Source of the DNA: Anthoceros angustus
Lineage: Eukaryota > Plantae > Anthocerotophyta
NCBI GenBank assembly: GCA_010909165.1
Contig: VJWM01000068.1
Coordinates: 1,116,001-1,180,000 of the forward strand
Direction of reading: 5' to 3'
DNA: 64,000 nucleotides
How positions within the stretch are numbered: position 1 is the stretch's first letter; every line of letters begins with the position of its first letter. Made by a program: the position numbers and the translations under genes. Below, one piece after another: positions 24,207 through 36,203 of the stretch. The notes under the pieces were generated by a model. That model was not told the origin of the DNA, made no database searches, and worked only from the letters and a program-made list of their open reading frames with translations.

Positions 24207-27005
24207 ACCTTCTCCAAAGAGGGAGATTGGATGCATGCTCGGGAGCGCACAATGACAGTAAGCATTTGCAGGAAGGAGTTGTATCGCCATCGAGGCCGAC
24301 TTGAGATGTGCAGTTATATTTCACAAAGAATTCATGGATTTGAGGTGCTCCAGATGCGCTTGAGGAGTTGAATTTTGAAGCCCACCGGAGAGGACTTGCA
24401 CTGGGCAAAGGAGGTTTGCATCGAGAAGGACTCCTTGAAAGCACAAGTGGTTTCTTTGAGTGCCGTCGGAATAAGAGTGGATCGATTTGTTGGAGGCTGG
24501 CCAACAAACACTCGAGACGTTTGGCGATGGGCGGATGGTAATGATGAAGACATGATGGGAACGAGGACTCGAGGGCTTTGGTTGAAGTCGACACTTTCGA
24601 GGAAGAACTTGAGCGGATACGGAACTTGTAGTTTATGATTCGTGTCGCAAGCACCGCTGAGTCACAAGTTAGCCCAGACGTAGACGCTTTGTAGTTGTGA
24701 ACTATTGTCCGTGCTAGTGGTCAATTTTGGAACCTAAACAGGATGGTCTCCAAGCGGCTTGCATGACGCACCCATACCTAGTTTTGTTGTGTTATTACTA
24801 GGCCTTTTGTCAATGTGGAAATGGATCATCGCACAAAACAAACTACTTTTGACTAATCACCGCCGCCATTGACCCTTCCTTCGGTTTTGTTGTTTCACAA
24901 ATCGCGATGTAGAGGAATCATTGTCCATGGTATGGGACACCGAAATCCAAAAACACGGTTTTGGGAACCATGTGTTATCTGTGAAGGAGGTTTCGTTCAA
25001 CCAAGGGGGTTCGGATATTCACCCCTTCAATACCATGTTACCTTGGGATTCGCAAAGCCAAACGTCTCGGATGTTGGTTGTCCCAAGTATCCTCGCCTTC
25101 ACTGGCTTCACCACCTTGGCCTGGTCGGTGCCGCTCGGCGGTCGCGAGCCTTCTGCTTGGCGGGCCTCCTCCGCCTCCTACCCTCTCACTTCTGGTCTTG
25201 ACCAGCTTGGGCCTCCTGCACCGCCAGTGCTCACCGGTGAAGGAATTTAGTCCGTCTGTCGAATGGACGGACTTCCCTTCACCTCGGCGTTTCCCCTCTT
25301 GATCGGGAGCTTACGCCTTCCTCCTCGCCTCCTGGGCCACCTCCAACTGCTCTGGAGGAGCACCATGCGCCTCTAGTGGCTTCTACTTCACAGGTCTTCT
25401 CGGCTGTCCGCGAGACCCCAAACATCAAATCCATGTGCTTGGGACCCGCCGTGTCTCTTCCACGGCCGCCAGTGAGACCCCAAAAGTCCGTAGTGGGAGC
25501 GGGCATCTCACGGTCCGCCAGGGACCTCCACACCGCAGCCCGGAGCAAGTCCGGACTGGTTCTCGGACCTAATCGGGCCTTAGGTCACGATTGCCGAGGT
25601 CCCGAGCTTCACCTCCTTGGCCCTCTTGGCCGCCAATTCCTTATTCGCCCTCTTAGTCACAGGGCTCGGAGGGTGAGGGGTTCGAGGCGGCCTTGCCTCT
25701 CCCGGTCGGCAGCGGGAGCTCAGTGGGGTTCTTGGTGACTCCTTGAAAGCACAAGTGGTTTCTTTGAGTGCCGTCGGAATAAGAGTGGATCGATTTGTTG
25801 AGGCTGGCCAACAAACACTCGAGACGTTTGGCGATGGGCGGATGGTAATGATGAAGACATGATGGGAACGAGGACTCGAGGGCTTTGGTTGAAGTCGACA
25901 CTTTCGAGGAAGAACTTGAGCGGATACGGAACTTGTAGTTTATGATTCGTGTCGCAAGCACCGCTGAGTCACAAGTTAGCCCAGACGTAGACGCTTTGTA
26001 GTTGTGAACTATTGTCCGTGCTAGTGGTCAATTTTGGAACCTAAACAGGATGGTCTCCAAGCGGCTTGCAGACGTACCCATACCTAGTTTTGTTGTGTTA
26101 TTACTAGGCCTTTTGTCAATGTGGAAATGGATCATCGCACAAAACAAACTACTTTTGACTAATCACCGCCGCCATTGACCCTTCCTTCGGTTTTGTTGTT
26201 TCACAAAGCTGCGCATTGTAGGAATCATTGTCCATGGTATGGGACACCGAAATCCAAAAACACGGTTTTGGGAACCATGTGTTATCTGTGAAGGAGGTTT
26301 CGTTCAACCAAGGGGGTTCGGATATTCACCCCTTCAATACCATGTTACCTTGGGATTCGCAAAGCCAAACGTCTCGGATGTTGGTTGTCCCAAGTATCCT
26401 CGCCTTCACTGGCTTCACCACCTTGGCCTGGTCGGTGCCGCTCGGCGGTCGCGAGCCTTCTCGCTTGCGCCCGGCCTCCTCCGCCTCCGCCTCCTCCGCC
26501 TGCAGGTCTTGCACCAGCCTCTGCCTGCCCACCGCTCACCGGTGAAGGAATTTAGTCCGTCTGTCGAATGGACGGACTTCCTTCGGCCTCGCTTCCTCGC
26601 CTCTTGATCGACCGAGAGCCGCCTTCCTCGCCTCCTGGGCCACCTCCAACTGCTCTGGAGGAGCACCATGCGCCTCTAGTGGCTTCTACTTCACAGGTCT
26701 TCTCGGCTGTCCGCGAGACCCCAGCATACCGTCCATGACCAGAGCTGACCCCGCCGTGTCTCTTCCACGGCCGCCACCGTGAGACCCCAAAAGTCCGTAG
26801 TGGGAGCGGGCATCTCACGGTCCGCCAAGGACCTCACTGCAGCCCCGAGCAAGTCCGGACTGGTTCTCGGACCTAATCAGCCCTTAGGTCCCGATTGCCG
26901 AGGTCCCGAGCTTCACCTCCTTGGCCCTCTTGGCCGCCAATTCCTTATTCGCCCTCTTAGTCACAGGGCTCGGAGGGTGAGGGGTTCGAGGCGGCCTTGC
27001 CTCCC
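24207..27005. repeat. Tandem degraded re-duplications of the MTase 3' end and adjacent sequence
   Basis: 24207-25120 and 25736-26425 copy parts of 23198-24175. 25120-25705 copies 26425-27005. The copies differ mostly by single-base deletions. Confidence 0.88.
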
Positions 27006-28450
27006 CGGCGATGGACTGCCCGTGGGTTGCCGCTGACCGCCTCAAGGCCCTTCGCTCTTCTCACGCCTCTTGACCTCTTGCCACTCCGTGGGCGGGGCGG
27101 GCGCCTGAGTCTTTGCGTTGGCGGGTGGCACCGTCTTCCGCCTCTTGATTGCCCGGCGAGTTCGTCGGGGCTCCTCTGCCGTTGGTGGTGGTGGGTGTTG
27201 GCGTCGGGCCGTCTCCTGCTGCCTTGGCTGCGAGGCACCAAGAGGAGGAAGCGGGGATATCTTCCACACTTCCCTAGGTGGTGAGGGGTCCGCCTGCACG
27301 TATGGAGTCAGTATCCCTTCGATCGTCCTCCTCCGGACCCGTTTGGCCCTAGGGGTCGGGCCTCTACCTCGCGCCTTTGCCGCTCACTTACAGGGCCGCC
27401 AACCCTTTCCGGGCGCCGCTCTACCTCCCCATCCTTGAGTCGTAATGTCCCCATACATGGATCGGGTATGGGGATAGTCAGCAGCGGTGGCTTCTCGCTC
27501 CTCGGCTTGCGGGCCTCTGGCTGAACACAGCGAAGATGATCCTTCCCGATCCGCCTCTTGCCCTTGCAGCGCATGCGGGAACACCAACAAATTATCACCA
27601 AGGTGATCCACCTTGGTGAGCAAGTTCCGATGGACAATGATCAAGACTCGCCTCACCCTTCATCCGGGTCCGATATCAACCGTTGGTTGTCTGTGCGTTC
27701 GCTTGACGCCGCGCCCTTGCGCCTCTATCTTTCCCTCGCCTTGAGGGGCTCGACCACGCCCCATCCTCCTCCGTTGGGCGGTTGTAAGCCGCCCTCGGGA
27801 CCTCAAGGTCCATCTCACAGGATCCTCCGGAGGTTCTTGGACGAACCTCCTTGTTGGCCGCCAACATCTTCGGCGAACTCCGGACGGTGACATCAAGCGT
27901 CGAGACGGCTGGAACACGTCTAAGTGCCACTCTTGACTAATCCTCCCGCCTCCTCCAGCCATGGCCCAAAGTCCGGATAGCGCCGAGTTACTGCAATGTT
28001 GTGCTCTACCAAGTTCCATGGCTCCCATACCTCCGCATGACCTTTTGGGTCCCATCGCCTTCTTCTCCTTTCGTCGGCTGTGATTGCAGACCGGCACGAT
28101 CGCCCTCTTCGCGCGTTCGCTCCAACCTCAGCGGTGAGCAGCGTGCAGATGCTGGCGTTCAAAGAGATAGCGCGCGGGGGGTTGCGGGCGCAAGAGGCTG
28201 CGGAATTGTCTCGAGGTCGTGAGAAATGACCCTCCTCGTCGGCCGCGAACTGGGCGGGAGGGTGCCTCTTCCTCGTCTCAGAATCGCAGGTCTCGCATAG
28301 CTTACTCGACCCCTTCGCCGCATACTCGGCCTGTTCTTGCCCGGTCCGGGCGTGAATACACCTCTGCAGGCCCGGTCTGACTGCTGCATGCCCGACCTCC
28401 ATTCGTGGCCGCCCACGTGGCGCCGCTCGATCATCCTCACGACTCGACTT
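26425..28450 (-). other. Uncharacterised GC-rich, fragmented ORF region, possibly a third gene of the element or an inserted retroelement ORF1
   Basis: Overlapping long minus-strand reading-frame fragments rich in Pro, Arg and Glu. No recognisable domain. Confidence 0.3.
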
Positions 28451-29029
28451 CCAAATTACTTTCCTGGCGTACTTATCTGTTTTGACCGGGTGGGGTCCGG
28501 ACTTATCCTGCGGTCCGGTGGGCTCGTCATAGTGGTACCAGGGTCCGACACCTACTCCGGAGCCCAGTCCGGAGCACCATTCGTGATTATTCCTCCCTTT
28601 CTGCCTTATTTTACTATTCGGACCTACGAAAAAAACAAAACCCCACTTATTTCCTAACCCCCAAGGGAAGTCCGTAGCCCACATGCCTCACCAAGTTTTC
28701 ACTCCTTATAGGCTGTCTCCAGATTCTCGAAAAGAGGAGTGTGTTCCTCCTGCTTGATCTCAGATGTCACACCTGGAAGATGATCAGCTTAATTGTACAA
28801 GCGCATAGACTTGTGGTGGTGGCACACAGCGCATAGTGAGTAGTCTCCGTCGTGGGTGAAAGCTCGGATCACCACCAGAAGCAACGAATTGTGGTATTGG
28901 TGGCAGGGGCTCAGCACACGAGGTTAGCTTGCAGGGTGTGACTTCATAAAGCAAAGTGCTTGAACCTGCAACGTGGCCGAGAAATTGAGCCTGGAAAGAG
29001 CCGTGGGGATCCTCTGTCGAGCGAACGGG

Positions 29030-29084
29030 CACGACCGGCGAGTGAGGAGTCACGACCGGCGAGTGAGGAGTCACAACCGGTGAG
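29030..29084. repeat. 21-bp tandem repeat, about 2.6 copies
   Basis: cacgaccggcgagtgaggagt at 29030, 29051 and (partial) 29072. Confidence 0.85.
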
Positions 29085-30371
29085 GGAAAAGGTGCACTGT
29101 TGAGTCTAACGGCACACCGTTACGCCCAACGGGTGCCCCTAAATTAATTTTACGGGGCAACGTTTCATACCCGGCCCCGGCGTTTCATACCCCGGGGCCA
29201 ACTTAAAATAATTTGCATGGCCAACGCAGACGGCCGCCCGCGAACCGCCGCCCGTGCCCGGCTTGCCTCCGGGTGCGCGCCGTGGGAGGAAGGGGCGTGG
29301 GCGCTACCAGATCCGGTTTGCTGGTCGCCGCTACTGCCGACGGATCTCGAGCGCTTGGTGGGTGGAGGATGGCGTCCCTCACATAACGCGCAGCCCATTG
29401 TCCCCCTGCCTTGGCAAATCCTGCATCCAATGCAGAAATGTGTGCCAGGCAATCTGCCTCTTTCTCGCAGCAGAATCCACCATAATGGCTGCAATTTTAT
29501 GGCAGATGGAGAGCAGAGGTAGGGCGCTGCTGGGTGTGGTCACTGGTTGACAAATCTCCACAACATCGAAGCAGATTTGTTTCGCTAGAATTTGACCATG
29601 ATTGACCAGCGCTCCTTGCTGAAAATTGAGAATTCGATGTCGAATTTGGGGCTGAGTTCATAGATCTGGCTACCAGATCAGGTGATCCAGAGGATGTAGG
29701 TCTCCAATCACGCTCTTGCAGCAGAATCGTTAGCACATTGGCTAAGGAAGATCCAAGATGATGTAGACACTTGGGCGCCGATGATAATCCAAAACCTCGA
29801 GCCGAATTGCGATTTTACGAGCGTGAACGGGCTGCCTGATCGTGCTTCCTCCTTGCCTCAGCCTGGTTGCGTCTTTGTTTGCGACCCATAGTGCTTGTGC
29901 TTGAAGATTAAGAGGCTAAAAGCAAAAGCTAAAATAGGCAGATTGCTTAGAAGAATGTCAGCAACAATGATGCTATTCTTAAGCAAAATTAACCTATAAG
30001 AGGCCCAATGACTAGGCCTTATAGAATCAGAAGAAGTAGAAGGGTGGCTAGAACCCATAACCAATCAATTTAGAAAAATTGGTTTGGTTTGATGAAAATT
30101 GAACTAATGAAAATAATCAATAAAATAGCTATGATTATTACTTTACTTAGAATGTTCTAAGCTAATTATTTTCACTTAGCAATGGTATGATGGGCAACAT
30201 GAGTTTCTACATGACTGTAAAACTAGCGGATCGCCTATGATGCGAGATGATACGCTATCGAATGCATATCGAAATGCATTTTCATCGACTAAAATGGGAA
30301 TGAGGTTGCTAGCTTAACTTCCTAAGTTGATTAGAGAAGAAAACTAGCAACAAAGCCATTAAAATAGCTCA

Positions 30372-30700
30372 TGGCTCTGATACAAAGTTAGAGATGCATG
30401 TGCGGAAGCGTCTTGCATCAAGCAGATGCTTTATTAACAATGAATATGTTTGGTTCATAGGTGGGCTTATAAACGATGGTTACGAGGGGGTGTGTCCTTT
30501 CACTAGCCTGCTAGTTAACTAACTACCAACTAGCTGAGTCTAGTTTGACTAATCCACATTGGGTCTGGTCTAGTCGACCTTAACCAACTCGGTCTGTACT
30601 ATTTTTAACTTGTGGATGTGGCTTTGGCTGAGGATTTGGTACACATCCACGACCTTTCTCAACTGAGAGACCCGCAAGTGGTGTTTGGGATCCTCTCCTT
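30372..30700 (-). mobile_element. LTR retrotransposon remnant: tRNA-Met PBS next to a putative LTR
   Basis: The minus strand reads ...ctctaac-t-ttgtatcagagcca, one mismatch from TGGTATCAGAGC. An AATAAA lies ~45 bp inside the putative LTR. No second LTR or pol was seen. Confidence 0.45.
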
Positions 30701-30719
30701 TTGTTTTGCGCGCCGGCCA

Positions 30720-32690
30720 GGGTACCTTCTCTGAACGGTTGCCCCCTCCTCGGTTTTCTTGTCTAGCATAGGGAATTTCGACTTATGCAGGTTTTAGGCG
30801 ACATCATCGGCCCAGGCACCTTCGAGTGTGCGGCCGGGGATCTTGCGAAGCGGAAGGCGTTCCTTCCCGTCGCTTTTGGGGGCACTGGTTTGCTAGCCAC
30901 AGAGGCCTCCGCGCTAGCGGCATTCTTAGGGAGCTGGGCTCTCTCTACCCCCATCTTATTCTCCCGTTTTTTAATTCGACATTCACATATCCTGGACCGA
31001 GGCTTTTGTCGCGGGCATTGAGGATGGGACTTTTCCCATGCAGGCCTCACGAAGATTAGCCAAGGACTCTTTATCCTCCGAGGTGAGGGCTGCCATGCCG
31101 TCTTTTTCCTCGCTTCCCGAGGTTGAGCTCCGGGGGCTTCAGGCGTCCCTCCTGGAAAAACAATACAGGCGGTAGCTTGGCCCTCCTCGGATTCCTCCAT
31201 TTCTAAGCCCACTGCTCGTCTCGCTCTTGCTCGGGAAGGGGCGGTTCACGGCTTGGCTCGACCCAAGATTCGTGTGTTCCTACCGCATCGCATCAAGAAC
31301 TTTTCCACCGCTGATGCTTTTTGCCTTGGCTTGGTCCAACCTCCGGCTTGCTCTCTTTCAACTTACCATCGGGCCCTCCTCGGTTTTCTTGTCTAGCATA
31401 GGAATTTCGACTTATGCGGGTTTTAGGCGACATCATCGGCCCGTGCACCTTGAGTGTCGGCGGGCTGGCGGCGCTCCTTCCGCCGCCGCTTTTGGGCACT
31501 GCCTAGCCACAGAGGCCTCCGCTAGCTAGCATTCTTAGGGAGCCGGGCTCTCTACCCCCATCTTATTCTCCGCTTTTAATTCGACATTCACATATCACGG
31601 ACCGAGGCTTTTGTCGCGGGCATTGAGGATGGGACTTTTCCCATGCGCCTCACGAAGATTAGCCAAGGACTCTTTATCCTCCGAGGTGAGGGCTGCCATG
31701 CCGCCTTTTTCCTCGCTTCCCAGGGTTGAGCTCCGGGGCTTCAGCGCCCCTCCTGAAAACAATACAGGCGGTAGCTTGGCCCTCCTCGGATTCCTCCATT
31801 TCTAAGCCCACTGCTCGTCTCGCTCTTGCTCGGGAAGGGGCGGTTCACAGCTTGGCTCGACCAAGATTCGTGTTCCTACCGCATCGCATCAAAGAACTTT
31901 TCCACCGCGATGCGTTTTTGCCTTGGCTTGGTCCAACCTCTGGCTTGCTCTCTTTCAACTTGCAGCTACTGGGCCCCTCTCGATGACTTTGGGACGCACT
32001 TGGCTCGCTGTCCAGCGAGTGGGCAGCGTATTGCTATGCATGATGCCGTGTGGGATGTCATGTTCTCTATTGCTAGGGAAAGCGGGTTCCTTCTATTTAG
32101 GGGGCCCCCTGACACCCTGCTCAACGGGGTTTCGCTTAGGGCAGATCTATTTTTGACCCAGGGGGATCAGGTTTCGGTTGCTGATGTGGTTGTAACTGAT
32201 CCTACTCGAGATAGTGTCTGCGAACATGTTATTCTTAACCCTCCAGGTTGGGCGGCGGATGATGGACGGGCCAAGGTCCACAAGTACTCTCCATGCACGC
32301 CCACGCCTTGTCCCCTTGCCATTGAGACTCACGGAGCCATGGGCAAGGATTTCTCTAGGTTCGGTCGGCCAAGGCTTATTATAGCCGCAAGAATGGGGTT
32401 GGCCTCCCCCTTTCTTGTATTGTTGCTTTCTTGAGAGAGTTTTCCCGTTTCTAGAGGCGCACAACGGGTGTCTGCAACTAACGGCCTTGGGGATGCAGCT
32501 TCTTCGACAATGATGGTAAGTAGGCCTTTTCACATCCCTGACCAAGAAGTTCTTCGGGCAATTGGTAGTTTTGAAATGCGTGATCGTGCAGGCTAGTCCC
32601 CCTGGCATGGTGCCCTTCGTTGGGTTTTTCCCCCTTTGTTTTTTGGGGTGGATGGTTTTTCCCATCTCTTTTTTATAATAAAGTCTTCTT
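30720..32690 (+). mobile_element. 5'-truncated CRE-like non-LTR retrotransposon (RT thumb, CCHC, restriction-like endonuclease) with an internal ~630-bp tandem duplication
   Basis: LPVAFGGTGL...AAFLGSWAL, AWL...AMRFCLG, DDFGTHLARC...RIAMHD, LRADL...DVVVTDP...KVHKY...PLAIETHG. 30745-31370 is repeated at 31375-31960. AATAAA near 32677. Confidence 0.8.
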
Positions 32691-33333
32691 TTCCCTCCTC
32701 AGTTTTTGGTCTGAAACTAATAAACAAATTCAGTCAAATTAAGACTAAATACTAACTATTTATTAAAATAAACTACCAACAAGAACTAATCATTATTACT
32801 ATAATATCAAAGAAACTGAAAACACAAGGATTTAAATTTAAAATACTCAACTGCATCTAATAATTTATGATCATTATATCATACCTTGTCTTATAAGTCC
32901 AATTGTAGACCGTGTAAAGCTGAGAATGTGGGTGTGTTGAGGAACCGGATCGTGATTCGTGGCCACTTCAAATTCAAGGGAAGAGGAATCCGGAAGAGGA
33001 GGGTTAGCCGGGCCCCTAAAACGTGGAACAGGAAGTCAGCCTTACCTGCACATAATTCAGCTGAGAATTGTGGGAGGGGAAGATCGAAGATTATAGCATC
33101 CGCCTGATGAGCCGATGAGCACGCTCTCGCTCCTCTGTGGCTCCGGTTTCCTCTCGCTCTCGATCATGCTTCTGTGCTGAGTTGGGGATTGCAAGGCAGA
33201 CGCTTGATTTGCCAGGTGCGGAGCTGCGGATGGTCTCTTCTGGGGGACGGCGAGGCTCGGATTTACTGCAGACGGATGGGAGCTGGGTTTGTGGGATTTG
33301 AACTTGAATTGTTTATTTAAACGGATGCGGAGT

Positions 33334-35509
33334 ATGGAATCAAGCGGCCCTGTTCCTGAACACGAAATTGAGGCAGGGCAAAGCGATGAGCATGTGTCGC
33401 TGTCTGTGGATCTGAATTCCCATCACAATTTGAGCACTCTAGCAAATGCATCTGCCCGAAGTGAAGAGCACAGCGTGGAGAAAGATGTGGAGTTATCGGG
33501 TGTTCACACTTTGGATGATGGATTGAAAGAGGAGCAGGAGCGCGTAACTATTATTGGTCCGACATTTGTTTCTCAGACAAGCACTGGGGACTGTTCGGAG
33601 CGCTGTATGGCAGGTCAGGACGACGATAGAGGCGAGTTACATACTGAAGAATTCACGCGGCGGGAACCTACTTCGGATTCAAATTCGGATGAATCCTCGT
33701 CTTCATGTGGGGAGGAATCCACGCGGGGGGAACCTACTTCGTACTCGGATTCGGATTCGAATTCGGATTGGGATTGGGATTGGGATTGCGATGAATCCTC
33801 GTCTTCATATGGAGAGGAGGGGGAACCTACTTGGGTTTCGGATTCGGATGAATCCTCGTCTTCATATGGAGAAGACGATGATATCTGGAAAGATGTCATG
33901 ACCCTGACACACACTTCCGAGACATCTGGTCGCCAAAGTACGATATATATCATTGGCACAGCTCATGTGTCTCAGGTGAGTTCACTGTGCTGAGGCTCTT
34001 TGTTCTCTAGTTAACAGCGAAGGTTCTAAGCAACACGTAGGTGCACTCAAGTTCCACTAGCCTCAGCATGACTAAAGACATTGTAGTCCCCAGCTTTACC
34101 GTTTCCATCTAACCAACCATCCAACGTTTTGCAGGTATCTTCCGACCAAGTGGCCAGATTGATCAAAGGCGTAAAGCCAGAGGTATCGCTGTGGTGTGAA
34201 TAGCAGATTCCAACGCCTCGTCTGGTTCTGACATCCATTATGGTTAGATCATTCAGACAGGCCTTCCTTTGACCTGCCTTGCAGGCTGTCTTCTTGGAGC
34301 TCTGTCACTTGCGTACTCATGTGCTCCACCCTCGGGAGAAGTTGGAGGTACTGATACTGGCTTGAGAAGTTATCAAGTTCCCTGTCCTGATGAAAGGGAG
34401 TTTTCCCTTGAAACTGTTTCCTGATTTGCTTCTGATGTGAAGGTTCCTTCATTTACTGAAATGCTGCACGCCTGGAGAGGCAAGCAAATGACTGCCCTTC
34501 AAATCGTCTACAAGCATTGCGTGAGCAAGGTCCGGTGTCTTTCTGCCAGGTATGACGTTATGTTACTGTATCTTCGTTGGATTGACTTGAACTTCTTTTT
34601 GGTGAATAGGTGGCTTCAAAATTAGAAGTGAATGGCGGTTCTGATTTTCGGGTAGCATATGAAGGGGCAAAAGCATGTGGAGCACACGTTACTCTAGGCG
34701 ATCGATCGGTGCAGGTTCAACTTCCGACAGACCCCACTTTTGAGAGTTTTTTGTTTGGATTTTGTCCCTTGCATGAGTTAGCCACAATAACAGGGCTGGA
34801 TCAATTCTGTCTGTATTTCCAGGTGACATTTCTGAGGACATGGAGAATGATGAGTTTTAAGGAAAAGGCTTTGTTCATACCCATCCTGATATTTCAATCT
34901 ATGTTTCTTCCTAGTGCTGACGATATGAGGAAGTTGGTAAGAACATGCGTTCTTGTCTGCAGCAAGCAGTATCCAGCTAATCCTACCGACTGAGGAAACT
35001 TGACCGATCCTTGTTGCTTCTAGGTTGAGGAAATTAAGGATACTGACCTTCTCACCGAGGTAGTCCAAGTATTCGGGCAGTTCTTGCCTACAATGACGCG
35101 GACTCTCCTTCATGAGCGAGACCAGTATGAATACTTCAGTGTGTTCTTCAAACTTTCTTCTCTCTGGTTTCACAGCACTAAACACTCGTAACTTCCGCAG
35201 GTACATGGTAGCAACGATCAGAGATACTGCAAATAAGTATTCCTCTGTGGTGGTGGTCGTAGGGAAAAGCCATGTAGCAGGGATCGTCCGGAACTGGAAC
35301 GAACACATATCAGTAAGTGGTGGTCTTTTCATGGTCTGACGGCTTCCCCTTTTATGTGAAGTGGCTAGTTTGTTCCTCACGAACTGGTCGTGCAGTTGGA
35401 GTCACTGCTCGTCGTCCCCCCGCACAAGCCTGCCTCGAAGATGCTCTGGGGACTAGCTGCGGCTGGTCTTGCAGCCCTCTCCGGAGCCTATCTCGCCTAC
35501 AGAAGATAA
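33334..35509 (+). CDS. TraB domain-containing protein, copy 1 (mitochondrial outer-membrane type), multi-exon
   Basis: IYIIGTAHVS, VFLELC, DFRVAYEGA...LGDRSVQVT, LLHERDQYM, VVVVVGKSHVAGI. C-terminal TM followed by YRR*. Confidence 0.9.
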
Positions 35510-36203
35510 CTTGCACACAGATCACCAGCACTCATTTGCATGGGGCATCGCCCTCTAAGATTGTCAGGTGACTATTGCGCTTCCGAAGAAACTGTCGGTT
35601 TGGTGAATAGCAGGGTGCGGCAAATGGAACTCACATGGTCTCCTGTTTACCCTACAAGAGTTATCTACTTTTCTAGTTTATTATTACCTAGTTTAATATA
35701 TTTTTTGTTTTACGATCGGTCACAAAATGGAATCTACGGTTTCAGCATTGTTCGTCAAAATCTTGTTTCGAATGTCGAAATTTGTAAACGGTTTAAAGCT
35801 AGAGAGGGAGAAGGATCTCGATGTGCTGAAGAACCGGATCGTGGCCTCTGCATATTGAAGGGGAACAAGACTCCAGTAGAGGTGGTAGATGCTGTCCTGG
35901 AGGGAGTAATAAGCCTTAGCTGCACACAAATCAGCCGAGAATTATGGGAGAGGGAGATCTAAAATTATTGCATCCGCCTGATGAGCAGGCTCAGTGGCTC
36001 CGGCTTCCCGTTGTTCTTGATCAAGCTGCTATGCTGAGTTGGGAATTGAAAGGCAGACACAGACTTCGGATTCGTTTTCGTTTCAGGTGCGGTGCCGCGG
36101 ACGGTCTCTGCTGGGGGACGGCGAGGCTCGATTCACTGCAGACGTATGAGATCTGGGTTTGCGGGATTCGAGCTTGAATTGTGTACTTAGACGGCTCTGG
36201 AGT

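Larger units (their letters stand above)
13930..28690. mobile_element. Putative large DNA transposon carrying a DDD transposase and a ParB-DNA methyltransferase gene; ends uncertain
   Basis: Divergent transposase and cargo gene that share a 16-bp palindrome. Degenerate inverted similarity of 13930-14040 with 28585-28690 and of 14070-14185 with 23960-24095. No TSD identified. Confidence 0.55.

Noticed and set aside
29165-29890. Minus-strand MGRKQRRNQAEARRK... frame as gag or Helitron N-terminus
   Set aside because: It is interrupted by stops and has no zinc knuckle or Rep motifs, so the evidence is insufficient.
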